DNA of 64,000 nucleotides from Podarcis muralis (lineage: Eukaryota): NCBI RefSeq assembly GCF_964188315.1, contig NC_135661.1, forward strand, positions 45,632,001 through 45,696,000, written 5' to 3'. Positions 33,938 through 47,254 of this stretch are shown piece after piece. The position numbers and the translations under genes were made by a program. The notes below the pieces were generated by a model. It did not search any database, was not told the DNA's origin, and saw nothing but the letters and a program-made list of their open reading frames with translations. Every line of letters starts with the position of its first letter. Positions within the stretch are counted from its first letter, which is position 1.

Positions 33938-36900
33938 ACCTTCCAGAAGGAACTCCAGAATGGCTTACAGCAACAACAACAAATACAGGCAAACCTACAA
34001 AATGGCATAGAGCTCCTCTGCAAATACTACATGTTATGTTGCCTTTAAAAGACCCGCTCAAGGAAGTATGTTTTGGTTTGCCTCTTGCAGGGTCAAGATA
34101 TGGTGAGCAGAAGATCTATAGCTGTGAAGGCAGAGCAGATAGTTAGCCTGCCTTCCACCAATTCACCCTCATCAGGAGCTTGGCTGCTGCAAACTAGGGC
34201 TCCACAAGCTTCTTTGGGCTTGCTTGCAAGCACAGGCACTCAGGACCCCTCCAGACATCTTTTTTTAAAACTGCATTCATCATTATTTGTGCTCATGGTG
34301 GTATTAGGGCACTTGTAAGTGGGAATCTCTAATCCGTTTACTATGTGTCAGAGACGGGGAACCTTTTTCAGTCCGAGGGCCACATTCCCTTCTGAGCAAG
34401 CTTTTGAGGGCCACATGCCACTGGTGGGCGGGGCCAGAGGCAAAAGTGGGCAGAGCAATGCATATTGACTTTACCTTCATACCGTAGGTTAGTTTTGACA
34501 ATCTCACACAACGCTCTCTTATCTTTCATCCAGGCAAGCAGGAAGCATTGTCAAAGTTCAGGGGTATATTCTAGCTTGGGAAAAACTCATGTGTGGGTGT
34601 GAAACAGGGTCAGCAAGGGACATGGCCTTGGGAGAGTTCCAAGGGCCAGACAGAGAGGCCTGCAGGGCCACATTTGGCCCCTAGGGCTGCGGATCCCCAC
34701 CTCTACCATAGGCTTTCTTAATAACAATGGGTACCTGCAGATCTTTCAGCATCTCCTCCAGCAGCAGCTGGCATGCCTTCTTCTGGGCTTTCTCCAGGGC
34801 AACATGAAGGCTTGATGACATCTTGCTGGCCTCTGAGGATGTTGATCTGCCTTCACACAGGGCTGCAATGGAGGTGCTACCAGTGGAGGGAAGAGGAATA
34901 GCTGGGAAGCGGGCTTGCATGTAGGCTGCTAGCAAGAGAAGCCCAGATACAGAAGGCATATGGGAGGAATCAATCACAGGAGTTGGGAATACCTGAGAGC
35001 CTGGCAGTTGTTGAGGGTTGACAGCAAGTAAGGCACATAGCACTTGGAGGTCGCAGGTTCTCGTTGATGCTCCTTGCCAAATCCCACCAGGTCTTCATAC
35101 AGGCTGCAGAGAGCACAGCAGTTGTCATGACATCTTGCACACCAGTAGCCACTCGCCCATCCCATGTGTCTTGAGAGCGAAACAGTGCAGAGTTCCACGT
35201 ATGATGAAGAATAAGCAGACCTATGCCCCATCTTCAGTAGACATTTAAAGCACTTTTGCTACTTTAACAGTTCTGGTTTCTCCCAAAGAATCCTGGGAAC
35301 TGTAGTTTGTTAAGGGTGCTGAGAGTTGTTAGGAAATTGTTATTCCCCTCACAGAGCTACAATTCTCAGCATGGCTTAACAGTCAGTGCCTCTTCACAGG
35401 AATCATAGATCTGTAAGGAAAACGTGTCTTTAACAAACTACAGTTTGGGATGAATGAATGTGTAATCTTGAAGCGCCCTCTGATGGCTTTAGAAGAATGA
35501 GACAAATTCATGAAGGGACAATGGCTATTAACCACTATTGTTAAATTCTGCCTCCAGGATCGGAGGCAGACAACTTGTTTACTGAGCTTATGAGGAGGTT
35601 AGACCACATCTGGTCTTTATTGAGCTTTTTTCTGATTTGTTTGCGGGGTGATTATACAACAATGAGGATTCATCCTGATTTGCTTGCGAGTTGATTTTAC
35701 CTCTTTCTATTAGTTATTTGCCCATTCTACACTTTTTAGTGCATTTCTCTATCACTTTCCTAACTGCAAAAAGTCAGGATTTTGCTTTAAACTGGATTTG
35801 TTTTGCTAGGTCAACAGAGAGCTTTCATCCACCTTCATTTCTGGTATGGGCTTAAATTCTTTTTGCATAATACTGACAGATCTGGAAGTAATGCCTCTTC
35901 TGGGGAAGAGCAGAGGGAGAGAGAGAGAGCTATTGCACTCATGTCCTGTTTGCAGGATCCCCACAGAGCTATGTATGGGAAGCAAGATGCTGGACTAGAC
36001 AGGCCTTTGGTTTGATCCTTCAGGGGTGTTCTTATGGCGCAGAAATAACATACCTCATTTCAAGCCCACTAAAGGTTTTCTGTAAGGAAAATGGAGCCTC
36101 AGTTGGAGCAGGATTAGGGAAACGAGCCTCCACAGCCTCCAGTGAAAGAAAGGGGAAAGGAGCAAGGATCCTTAGCAGGAATGATAACCAAATTCAAGTA
36201 AGAACCCAAGATGTCTCCTTGGGCTGTGCCTGAAGGTCCTACTGCTGGTGAATTAATGTTAGGGACATGGGAAGCTGCCTTATACTGAGTCAGATCATTG
36301 GTCCATCAATGTATTGCCATCACTGATGGGCAGCAATTCTCAGGGGTTTAAGACAGCAGTCTCTCCCAGTCCTACCTGCAGATGCCCTACTTGGGACCTT
36401 TGGCATGCAAAGCAGGTGATTTACTGCTGAGTTATGGTGGTTTCCCCACTGAGCTGTGCTGTGCTGAGCATCCTTTTCTTGCCTCTCAGTCCCTACTCTG
36501 CATCAGCAGCATGGAGAGAGAACTGACCTGCCCAGAAAGACCTCAAGCTCCTCCAGGGCCATGCTGCACAACTTCTGCTGCAGAGTATCTGAGATGAGGG
36601 ATGCCACTCGGATATTTTCATCCAGCATCTGGGGCAGGCAAAGAAAGAGAGGAAGGTGATTGGATGAGTAGGGATCAAACACATGGCTTTGCTTCCACAG
36701 CCAATAGGACACCCTGTATAGGAATCAGGCAGGCTTCCCTGCAGTGCATTGCCTTCTTCTCTGACCTTCATGACAATCATGGGAAGGCTGGTCTGGAAGC
36801 AGCCTTGATAGTCTGATTCGGGCTCCTCTTCACTGAACCACTCTTTAAACTCCATCTCCAGCGTCTTCTGCATCCACTGAGCAAAGCTGGCCTAGAAGAA

Positions 36901-39900
36901 CAAGCAGAGATCGTTTATGGCAACAGAGGTTGGGGAACCTTATTCACCCCGAGGGCCGCATTTTTGTCTGGACAACCTTCTGAGGGCCATGTGCCTATGG
37001 TGGGTGTGGCTGGAGACAAAAGCAGGCAGAGCAACAAATGTGAATGTCACCTTTGCATATGGGCTAATTTCTCCACATGAAGCTCTCTATCTTCCATCCA
37101 GACAAACAGCAAGCACGTTCTGAATTCAACGACACATTCCAGCCAAGAAAAAGCACTCATGGGTATAGCCTGGGGAAAGTTCCCAGGGCCAGAAAGAGAG
37201 GCCTGGGTGGGGCGGGGTGAACAAATTTGGCTCTCAGACCTGAGTAACTATTCTCTTTTTAAGTGAAGACCAGGGACCCTCCACTGCACACAAGCCACTC
37301 ACAACCCCAGCAGTGTTCATATTCATTTGCCTAGCTCCTTTCTCCTGTGGATGAGAAACATCTCTTTAGTGGGGCAGCTGATATACAGTACATACGGCTC
37401 AGATCCACATCACACATTCACAGTACATTTAATGCACATTGCTTCCCCCAAAGAATTCAAGAGCTACAGTTTGTTAAGGGTGCTGGGAAATATAGCTGTG
37501 TGTGGATATGACCTGCAGTATGTGTTCTACCTCCACCTCTGGTCTTCCTGAAAACCTCCCACCTCTATCCCTATTTCTCTCCACTGCTGTGAAACAATGG
37601 ATGCTTCCAGACTGTCACTATTTTCAGGTGGAATTCAGCCACAAGCCAGCAGATTCAGGTTTGCTCAATTATAGTTGATTAGGAGGTCTTGCACAACAAA
37701 CCTGTTTCCCTGAAAGGTAGCACTTTCTGTGCTATTTTTGGGTGGGATTCGATCTCGTGCAGCAAACCTGTCTCCCAAATCAGGATGAATGTTCATTAAA
37801 TAGCCAACACCTTCTAAGCTCCCCAGCAAACAAATCAGGATGAATGCTCAATAAACAGGTGATCTGGAAGTGCCTGATGAAAACTCCAGAGACTAGAGGG
37901 GCTTAAGAGGCAAACTGCGCAGAAGTAACACGTTTTGGCTGAAGGCTGCTTATTCTGAATAAAAGTAGTTTGGGGTAGTGACCTATTTTGAACAGAGAAA
38001 TAGCAGACGGAGGAGGAATGCTTAGCCCTTTCTTTACCAGCCATTTTCCCCATCTGCTCCAAATCGCCCTCTTGACCCTCAGAGTCCCAAGTGTGTGGTT
38101 GCCTGAGTTTGGAACCCTGGGCAGGGCCAAATCAGTTGGGGAGACAACCTTTGGAAACCTTGGGAAAAGGGTGAAGCACCGCTGCCTCATCTACCCCCTA
38201 TCTGTTAAAAATGGGCATCTCCTGAAGGTGCTTTTCTTCAGAAAGAGGAGACAAGGACTTTACACAACTTTATAGCATAGCACGGCATCCAGTAATATGC
38301 CATTTGTCCCTTATTCACAGGAATATGCTGGATACTGAGTTAGACAATTGGTTCCTCTAGCTCAGTAGTGGTCCCTCCAGCCCACAGCAGCTCTCTAGAC
38401 TTTCAGACGGAATATTTCCACATTCACTGGTAAGAAAAGATCTCTGCCTGAATATTTGGAGAACTTCCTATTAACACTCTCCAGCACCCAGGTTTCTAGG
38501 CCAACCAGCAAATCTGAATATATGAGTGCTTCAGTATCCACGATCATTTTGTTCCCCATGGTCTCCACGACTCACCTGTACTTTCCCCACATAGGTCTCC
38601 TCCAAATAGTCTACTGTATCCACAGGAAGCAGAGGACCCAAGACTGTGATGTCCACTTCAGGTAGAAGGCTTGGGTGGGTCATCATTTCTGAGCTGTGGA
38701 ACAACAAGAAGGGTCAGGAGCAAAAGGTACCTAAGTTCAACTGTCCACTGCAAGGCTGTTCAGTACACCTGAAGCAGGATTATATGTGCATATTTCTAGT
38801 ATTCTTGTACGGGGAAATGCAGCCCATTGCCAAATCTGCTTCTTTGCAAATTCCACCCGACAGTTGCCTGCTGGTACAACAGAGAACATGATTGGATAAA
38901 CACCCATGTGTTTAAAGCATTATCCTACCACTTTAACAGTCACAGCTTCCCCCAAGCATCCTGGGAATTCTACTTCGTCAAGAGTGGTGAGAGTTCTCAG
39001 TAGACCAGTGGTGGCCAAACCTGGCCCTCCAGCTGTTTTGGGACTAAAATTCCCATCATCCCTGACCACTGGGCCTGTTAGCTAGGGATTATGGGACTTG
39101 TAGTCCAAAAACAGCTGGAGGGCCAAGTTTGGCCACCACTGCAGTAGACCTTTCACAAACAACAGTTCCCAGAATTCTTTGGGGGGAGCCATGACTGTTA
39201 AAGTAGCCTACGAGTGCTTCAGATGGATGGTGTTTGGGATTCCAAGTCAGAGTTATGGGTGGTAGGCAAATGTAAGCCCCAGCACTTCTTTTTCTAAAAA
39301 AAATAATGACCCCCACTTCTCCTATGAACCCCAACACCTGCCATTAGGAGCACTGACCTTGGGTAGACATGGAGTGCCCACTGGAGAAGAGTAAAGACCT
39401 CCTGCTTCTCCAGCTCCCGAGTGAGGATGTGATGCAGGTGTTTGGCAAGGCCTTGATGATACATGGCAGCAAAGGCTGCGACGATATTGTAGTGAGGTGG
39501 GCAGCACTGGGCCATCAGGTCTTTCACAACACACAATTCAGCCAGGATGTTGTTCTGCAAGATCGCCAAATGCTGAGCAAGGTGCTGGCCTTGGGCATTG
39601 CTTGGCATGGCCTGGAAGTGGGAAGCGACTATGGTGTCCTGTATAACCTGGAAGAACTTCTGCCTCCAGCACTTGGGGCGCCCTGGTGGGAGGAAGCCAG
39701 AAGGAAGCTGAGATCTCAGCAGCAGGGCAGCATCAATGCTCTCCTCACGCTCAATAATGCGTAGCGTGGAGACAAAGAGGGAGGGGTCCTCAGACACCAG
39801 TCTTGTGCTGTGGGCCACAATGTGCCACAGGTGCTGGGCAAGGGCATCGTTCAGTTCCAGGAGGCCCCTGAAGTAGGACTCTACACTGGCCAGGTGCGAG

Positions 39901-42900
39901 GAGCTGAGCAGGTTGTGGTGATGCAGCTGGAACAGGATGCTGTCCCGTAAACTCTCTAGGTCCATGAATCCTGCGTGGGCTTCCAGCAGATGGTGACTCT
40001 GCAGGAGGTCAAAGGTCTCGGAAAGGAGTTTGTGTACTGTGTGGGAAAGAAGAAAGGGAGAAAGGGCTTCAAAAGCATAACCTGGGGAAGAAAGAGGAAT
40101 GATATCCAGTGTGGTTAGAGCAGTGGTTAGAGCAGGGGTGTGGAACCCTCTGTCCAAGGGCACTCAGCTGGCTGGGCAGATGAGGGGGAAAGGGGTGCTG
40201 TACAAAGTATGCAGCTGATCTACAAGATTATCTGCTGCAAGACGATCAAGCCAGAGAGGGAAATGTCTCAGCTGAAAGGTAGGCACGCTGCTTGCAGATA
40301 TTTAGAAGGTTGTTCCATGTGTTTTGGAATTGCATGCATGCAGTTTTCAGGATGCAATGGCATTTAGGTATTTGAGGTTTTGAATAGCCTCTTTACTCAA
40401 GCCCTTGGCTGAGTGCTCTGGGCTGGTGTTTTGTTATTCTGATATGATTGTTTTGCAGTTTAATTTCATAATTTTAGTTGTTCATTGCACTCATTCTAAT
40501 AGTGTGGTTTTTGTAACCCACTCTGGTTACAAGGGGATATAATAATAAATAACACATATACAAACTGAGGCTCACCTGAGAAAAGTTGGGGCAATGTCTG
40601 GGCAACTGAACCCAGCTGGGCATGTTCCACTGCCACCTCCCGTAGTCGCTGCAGGCTCTGAAAAGAGTCGGTGCTGGATGCCAAGGACTGGCATATGTTT
40701 CTCAATGCTTGCTGCACATGTTGAACATCTGCAGTGGCTGAGTGCAACTGCTCCAGGCCTGTGCTCACACCCTCTAGGTAGGACTGCACAGTTGACTAGG
40801 GACAAAGAGAATCAAGTGGCAAAGAGGACACAGAGACTTCACAGGCAGGACAAAGGGTCTTGGCTCAGTGATAAAACATCTGCTTTCCATGCCGAAAGTC
40901 CTAAATTCAATCCCCAGCATCTCCAACTAAGGCTGGGATGGAGCCCTACTTGAAACCTGGAGAGCCGCTGCCAGTCAGTGTAAACAATACTGTGCTAGCT
41001 AGCTCTGACTCAGTATAATGCGGCTTCCTATGTGAAAAGCTCATATCTGGATCTCCAAACCCTTGTTCTATTAAATTCATAATCAAGGCTGCTTAAACCA
41101 GTGAGATTTCAGGATCAAGCTGCATTAATACTTGAAAGAGTGGCTCTCCTTGTATATGCCAACCCGATAAATAAAGTTTTGGGCAATGCCCAACAGACAA
41201 TGACCTGATATAGGGTCTTTTCTGTTGTGTTGTCCTGGATGTGGTATCACTTGCCTCTGTAGGTGTGCCAGGCATCATTAGTATATCAGTTGTCATAAAG
41301 CCACACCTCTCCACTTGGACCTTTGGGACCCCACTGGCATTGGTGTTGGGTGATTTTGGATTTAAATCCTTTTTTGCCAAGGTTATTCAAGGCTGCTAGT
41401 GTTAGCCTAGTTTTATCCTGGGACAGAGCAACGGGAGCTCACCCTGTCGTGGGAATTCAAACCACAGACCTTACGATCGGCAAGCCCAAGAGGCTCAGTG
41501 GTTTAGACCACAGCACCACCCGTGTCCCTAGAACCTTTGTTATTGGGTGGTTTATAAATAAACCTAGGCATAGCCAAGGCCTGGCATCTGGGATTGCTAC
41601 TGATGGGCACTTGCCAAGGCCCATAACTCAGCATCAAGCCCTGAAACCCCCTGATCCTGCTGGTTCTCTTTTTTACAAACAACAACAGCCCTTGCCCGCT
41701 TTGAGCACGCCGCAAGTGATAGGGGTAGGGAGAAGGTGCAGCTGCCTTTGGTCACATGACCCTTCTGGTGAACCCATCCAATGGCCATCCAAAAGCTGGA
41801 AGAGCCAACCCAGGTGTTCAGGGAACAGCCAGTGGAGGCTGGTACATTAGGGCCAGTGGGGCACTGCCCCACCAGCCTCAGTCTGCTGTCACCCATCCCC
41901 CAACTGCCTGTCTCCATACTTACAATGGGTTCAGGAGATGGCATTGCCTGTCCCCTTCCTCTTCCTTACTCAGTGTGGCCAGTGCAGAACTCAACAGGGA
42001 GGAGGATAGAGACAGAGCTAGAATCAGTTGTGTCTGTCATTGGCATTGGCGTTTGGCTGCACTTCATATTGGGTTCCCTGACTTTCGCCCTCCCAATCCC
42101 AATGGGCACCAGCCAGCACTGGTTTCAGCACTGCAACCACCAACCTTTATGCGGGATTGGATGGAACTGTTGCGTTGTATCTCTCGGATCCGATACTCCT
42201 CAAGGCCCTCCAATTTGTCAGGTCGGTAAAAGACCCCAGATGCCCATTTTAAGGCAGCTCCTCTGGCTAATTTTTCAGCCTTCTCCACTTCTGGCCATTC
42301 CTGGTCTAAAACAGAGAAGGAAGAGGGAGAAGAAGGAAAACCACACATACAGCTGTGAGTCTTTGCAAGACAGGAATTGCTCTTCCATCCCCAGCTGCTT
42401 CCCTGGAATGCAGGAAGGAAACAGGATGTGACCGCCTACCCACAGTCTGGATAGCCTAGGGGGAGAGGTGGAATATCTGTGGAGGGGAAGCTTCTGGGGC
42501 TTGGAAACACAATGACCTGGGAAAGGAGGCACACTTGTATTGTCAGACGTCTGGCTTCAGAGGCAAGGCGGGAGAGGGGGTGTTAGAAGGGCGTCTGGAA
42601 TCTGATAACTAATTCCCTCTACTGTATCTGAAGAAGTGTGCATGCACACGAAAGCTCATACCAGTAACAAATTTAGTTGGTCTCCAAGGTGCTACTGGAA
42701 GGATTTTTTTTTATTTTGTTCCCTCTACTAAAGAATAGCTGTTCTATTTCTAATAGGCATAAGGGCAATTATGAGGCTGCTAGCATGCTACCAGTTAGTT
42801 CAAGCTTTTGCTTTTAGCATTCAAAGCCCTGTACAACTTGGGTCAGGTTACCTGAGGGATCATCCAGCAACTTTGTAGTGGAGTCTGGAAGATAGGAAAT

Positions 42901-45077
42901 TTTGCAAAGGCAAATGGATTATTCCACTATAAACAGCCACAGCTTCCCCCAAAGAATTCTGGGAGCTGTAGTTTGCTAAGGGTGCTGAGAGTTGTTAGGA
43001 ATGCTCTATTGCCCTCACAGTTGTGCAATTCCCCGAGTTCCAATAGCCAGGGCCACCCCTTGAACTGGTTATTAGTAAGGAGTTGGCAGGTGGCTGCGGG
43101 GAGATCTAACTTGGTGGGGCAGTGCCCCATTTGCCCTAATGAACCAGCCTCCACTGCAATTGTGTTCCTCGGGGGGGGGGGGCATTGTTAAGAGTTCTGC
43201 ATGCTGCAGATGTATGCATGAGGTCAACTAAAACCCAGGACTTAAGTGTTGTTGTGGCTTCAGTTCTATGGAATCTGCTCCCTGGTGAAATTAGACAAGC
43301 ACTAGGGCTTTTAGGCAGCTATTGAAAGCTTTCAAAGAGGACTACCCTGAGGAGTGACTCAGCCGTTTTATACTCAGGAGTGACTCAGCCATTTTTTAAT
43401 GGCATCTTGTAATTTAAGACTTTTAAGATTTGCTTTTTTAAATGTTACATACAGTGGTACCTCGGTTTATGAACTTAATCTATTCCAGAAGCCCGTTCTT
43501 AAACTGAAGCGCTTTCCCTAATGAGGCCTCTTGCCACCGATGCCCTTCTACCATTTGGCTTCCGTTCCTAGACTGAGGTAAAGTTCGCAAACCGGGACAC
43601 TACTTCTGGTTTTGCGGAGTTCGTAAACCAAATAGTTCGTAAACAGGGCTGTTCTTAAACCGAGGTACCACGTAATTCTGTTGTACACTGCTTTGGAAAC
43701 TTTAGTTTGGAAGTGGTTTGAAACTCATTAAAGAAATAAATAAAGGGTGAATTCAAATGACTGGGCAAATCTGTACAATGTAGGCTCAACCTTCCCCAAT
43801 GTGATGCCCTCCAGATGTTTTGAAATACACTGCCCATTAGTTGTGCTGGGTGGGTCCACTGGGAGTTGCAATCCAAAACGTCTGGAAGGCTGATATAAAG
43901 ATATAAATTGCCACTCCTCTCCATCCAAAGAATGAAGGTGTTGTAACACCAGGCTTCACCTTGTGATAAGAGGCCTACAGACCAGAAGTAGCCCACTGTG
44001 TCCCCTCCAGATATTGTTGGACTACAACTCCTATTATCCTTGACTATTACCCATGCTGGCTTGTGGCTGATGGGAGTTGGAGTCCAACAACATCTAGAGG
44101 CACCATGTTGTCTAATCCTGCACTACTTTATTTATTTCATTTATATCCCACCTTTTTCTCCAAGGAGCTTAAGCTGACATACATGGTTCTTCCACACCCC
44201 ACATGTAATGCCAACAATAACCCTGTGAGGTTGATTAGGCTGAGAGCCAGTGATTGGTCCAAGGTTACCCAGTAAACATCATGGTTGAGTGGGATTTGTA
44301 CCCTGGCCCCCCAGAGCCTACTCTGACACTCTAACTACTGCTCCACATTGACTCTAGACAGACAGCACCCGACATAGCAGCATACACTAGAGTGGCCATG
44401 TGTCCTGCTTTCAGAGGACACTTCTCTACTCGAAGGGCTGCCAGGGGCCAGTCCTTTATTTAAAAGTGTCCTCTATCAGAGCACTACACAGTAAAGTTTT
44501 AAAGCATCTATGGTATTGCTCCCAGTGAGGACAGACAGTAAACAGACAAACCAATCTCTGGCTCTGATTTTTCTAGCCCATTTATTTCCAAAAAGGACAG
44601 TTACTATGACATGTAAGTCTCTCTCTGAGACCTCTCCCTTCCTGCATGACCCCAAGAATGCAATATTATCTAGGAAAAAGTATCTGTGACATCTCACAGC
44701 CCAGGTGGATAAAGTTTAAGTGCTTTTCTTAAAGTGGAAGGTGCCTGGTACCCATATACTAAAATTGTCTGGCACCTTCCTCCTTAAGGAAAGCACTTTA
44801 AAATCATAACCTCATTCATTGTATGTGTGCTGAGATGTCAGGTACAGTATTTTTTCCCTCATCAATTGCAAGAACAGGGAGTTCTTTCTCAAGTAGGGAG
44901 AAAGAAAGAAATCAACACAGCTAGGAGACTTGCTTTACCCAAAGCCCATCTAGGAAGGGCCCCATATGCCTCACCCCACCCCACCCCACTGAATGGTACG
45001 GTCACTGGGATCCTGTAGCTGCATTTCGCGTTACCTTTGAATCTGGTGGAATCGTCCTCCTCTGCAGACATGCCCAT
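30446..45077 (-). CDS. EXOC3L1: Exocyst complex component 3-like 1, 13 coding exons, 2295 nt, 764 aa
   Basis: Exons: 45077-45035, 42305-42145, 40795-40576, 40036-39358, 38693-38576, 36891-36766, 36628-36528, 35103-34993, 34876-34735, 33825-33700, 33091-32936, 31337-31213, 30632-30446. All GT-AG, phases chain without stops. Peptides EWPEVEKAEKLARGAALKWASGVFYRP, VQSYLEGV, CCPPHYN, MLDENIRVASLIS, YVPYLL, MPSRQWLS, EDHVSMLLHLRGD match EXOC3L1; head-to-head with E2F4 as in human. Confidence 0.92.
31607..31765. mobile_element. Penelope-like hairpin insertion (two inverted partial terminal repeats)
   Basis: Arms ~31607-31668 and ~31703-31765 are near-exact reverse complements; same family as 42615-42720; contains a mutated hammerhead motif on the minus strand. 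Confidence 0.65.
31857..32121. mobile_element. 265-bp near-perfect palindrome: head-to-head dimer of a hAT MITE
   Basis: CAGTGTTTCCCAACC ... GGTTGGGAAACACTG, centre at 31989, one mismatch between arms; exact 8-bp TSD cactagac at 31849-31856 and 32122-32129. Confidence 0.9.
33867..33936. repeat. Compound (TC)n(AC)n microsatellite
   Basis: Direct reading; ~40 bp upstream of an EXOC3L1 acceptor. Confidence 0.95.
34349..34705. mobile_element. hAT-type non-autonomous transposon
   Basis: CAGAGACGGGGAACC ... GGATCCCCACCTCTA ends with gagggccac motifs; a second copy at ~36920-37230. Confidence 0.6.
39006..39141. mobile_element. hAT MITE monomer (hairpin type)
   Basis: CAGTGGTGGCCAAAC ... GTTTGGCCACCACTG with exact 8-bp TSD cagtagac on both sides. 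Confidence 0.85.
40855..41035 (+). mobile_element. tRNA-derived squamate SINE
   Basis: A-box-like tggctcagtgataaa, B-box-like ctaaattcaatccc, body cctggagagccgctgccagtcagtgt..actcagtataa..gcttcctatg; related copies at ~36250-36460 (-), ~50320-50470 (+), ~55260-55400 (+). Confidence 0.65.
41418..41528 (-). mobile_element. Sauria-type SINE 5' fragment
   Basis: Minus strand gggacacgggtggtgctgtggtctaaaccactgagcctcttgggcttgccgatcgtaaggtc..ggtttgaattcccacgacagggtgagctcccgttgctc. Confidence 0.65.
42615..42720 (+). mobile_element. Penelope-like element terminal fragment
   Basis: gtatctgaagaagtgtgcatgcacacgaaagctcataccag..aacaaatttagttggtctc.aaggtgctactggaagg; homologous to arms at 31607-31765. Confidence 0.6.
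42621..42665 (+). ncRNA. Minimal type I hammerhead ribozyme motif
   Basis: GUAU-CUGAAGA-A-GUGUG(CAUG)CACAC-GAA-AGCU-C^AUAC: core boxes present, 5-bp helix II, palindromic AGCU helix III, 4-bp helix I extendable with a bulge; one extra A after the CUGANGA box. Confidence 0.65.
43452..43672. mobile_element. Tc1/mariner-type MITE
   Basis: TA|CAGTGGTACCTCGGTTTA ... TAAACCGAGGTACCACG|TA; TA target duplication. Confidence 0.85.
44130..44360 (-). mobile_element. MIR-like (CORE) SINE
   Basis: tttatatcccacctttttctccaaggagct..acaataaccctgtgaggttgattaggctgagag..tggtccaaggttacccag; near-identical family copies at ~52360-52580 and ~51080-51235. Confidence 0.6.
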
Positions 45078-47254
45078 AGATTCAGCTGCAGTGCACAGGT
45101 CCAGAGCTTAGGGCTGGGCTGAGCAGAGGAAGCAGAGCCAGCAATAGCAGTTTCCGTCAGTGATACTACTTCCAGCTCCTCAGGGGCTTGTTCTGTAACA
45201 CTGCAGATAGACTCAGGATGTAGGAACAGGAGGGCGGAGGAAACAGAAAATGCACTCAAAAGTTTAATTCTTAGGGAATGCAGATTAAGCAGCACAGAAC
45301 AACTCTGGTATATATGCATGCCTGGGTTGTGGCCGCCAGGATTCCTGCATGTCCCTCTGCCTTCAGCGGTAGCTACTGCTCTTTGGGACTAGTAAGGCAG
45401 AAGGCAGGGAGACCAGCAATAGGTGCAGACAGGCAGGCAGAATGACAAGCAGAATCAACCTCTAGCTTGTTGTAAGTAAGGAGGAAGATAGGTCCACAAG
45501 CTTCATCTAGTCCAACCCCCGCCATGCAGGAATCTTTTGCCCAATGTGAGACTCGAACCCACAACCCTAAGATTAAGACTCTCGTGTTCTACCAAATGAG
45601 GACATGTTCTTTCAGATATTTGGGGCCCAAGTCATATATGGATTTAAACACTAATGCACCTTGAATTGGGGCCATAAATAAACTGACAACCAATATACTG
45701 AGTTCCTTTTTTGGAACCTAACACAGCATGTTAACACACACACATATAATGTGTCTGAATAGACAAATAATATGAAGTGCTTCTTTTCTCAATGAAAGGA
45801 TTATCTAATCAATTGCTCAAGTTAGTCAGTGTGCCCCACCCTGGATAGTTATTGCTTATTTGTTTATTTTACATGATCTCCTTTCCTCTGAAAGGGCTCA
45901 AGGTGGCTTACAGGTAAAAGAAGAACCACTAGAAACAGAGAAAAATCAATCATTAAAATACAATGAAACATTGATAAAATTAAAAATATATATAATATAT
46001 ACAATATGTTAAAAACATACCAATAATTACAATAAAAACAGCACAGCACCAGGTCACATGACTGAAATGAATGGAGATAGTATTCGGCTTAAGTCCTGCC
46101 CTGCAGCCCCAGCAAGCTTTGGCTCATCCAGCTGAGCCCTGGGTGAGCTGGGGTGAGCCAACTATGCCAGCGTATTCCTAGCTGAACTTGCATTCAGACT
46201 TACACTGGTGTAGCTGAGCTCAGTTAGAGTTAAATAACACGGAGGAAAACTTTTGCCTGACAGCTATTAGTATGGTTTCCACTGGGTGTGCATTAATGTG
46301 GTGGCACAGCTTATAGGGGGATCTCAAGCTGCAAGAAATCCAGTTCCCACCCCTGCACTGCAAGACCAGATATTTCTAAAGTGGGTTGCTACACCCACCA
46401 TTCAGCTGCGATCTACATGCCAAAGAAGTATTTCAATTAAGTGTTATCTGGTAAGATAACCCATCCATCCAACCAGTTGCAACCATAGATTATCAAATCA
46501 GCAGGAAACAGTTTGTGCCTGAGGACAGTGATAACTGGGACACACAACAAGGGCTAAGAGAGACGAGAAGGACATATATACAGATGTTGAGATAGGTGAA
46601 AAGAAAGAGACTTTGGAATAGGGGGGTGTCATAAGTGCATTATTGCAGTAAGGTCCTAGATTTGTAAGTTATTGCTGTACTTTATAAATCTTTTTGGGAC
46701 AAAGATGACTATTGTGGAATAACACTTTGTGCATAATTCTTATTTTGTTTGCGCTCACAACTACCCTGAGATAGATTATCACCGTTTACACTTTGCAAAT
46801 GGGAAAGGAATGACTTATTTCAAGCTTAGGTGCCAGGAGCTGAAGATCAACTCTCTACCCATTATGGGGCAGTGGCTCCCGCATGAAAGGTGTTGTATGG
46901 ATTTGGCTCCTGAAAATTAAGGATTAAATCTCTAAACACAAGTCCCTAATTGGATGTTTCTAGTCATGTGATTTATTTCAGTTCTGCAAAAGATTTGATT
47001 TAAATTAAAAAAAAGTTTCTGCCCTGTAGTAGCAAACTCGGCAGTCTACAAGTGGAACCCACAACAAAATGTTGCATTATTGAGTGTGCACTGATTTAAG
47101 CATTTGGCAACAGAGGTCCACCACTCATAAATAGATCATAACAAGCCCACCCGACAGAGCTATATTCTGCTCTTATGGACAAGAAGACAACTGAGAGTGG
47201 GGGAGGAACGTTCATTTTCCGAACACCCCACAGGCGCAACCCTTTGGAATCCTC

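Noticed and set aside
41323-42431. ORFs of 157-216 aa on the + strand
   Set aside because: No recognisable domain; they span SINE/MITE fragments and the antisense of an EXOC3L1 exon.
45490-45595. tRNA-like sequence on the minus strand
   Set aside because: Head of a SINE fused to a CR1-type tail; no complete cloverleaf, so not called a tRNA gene.
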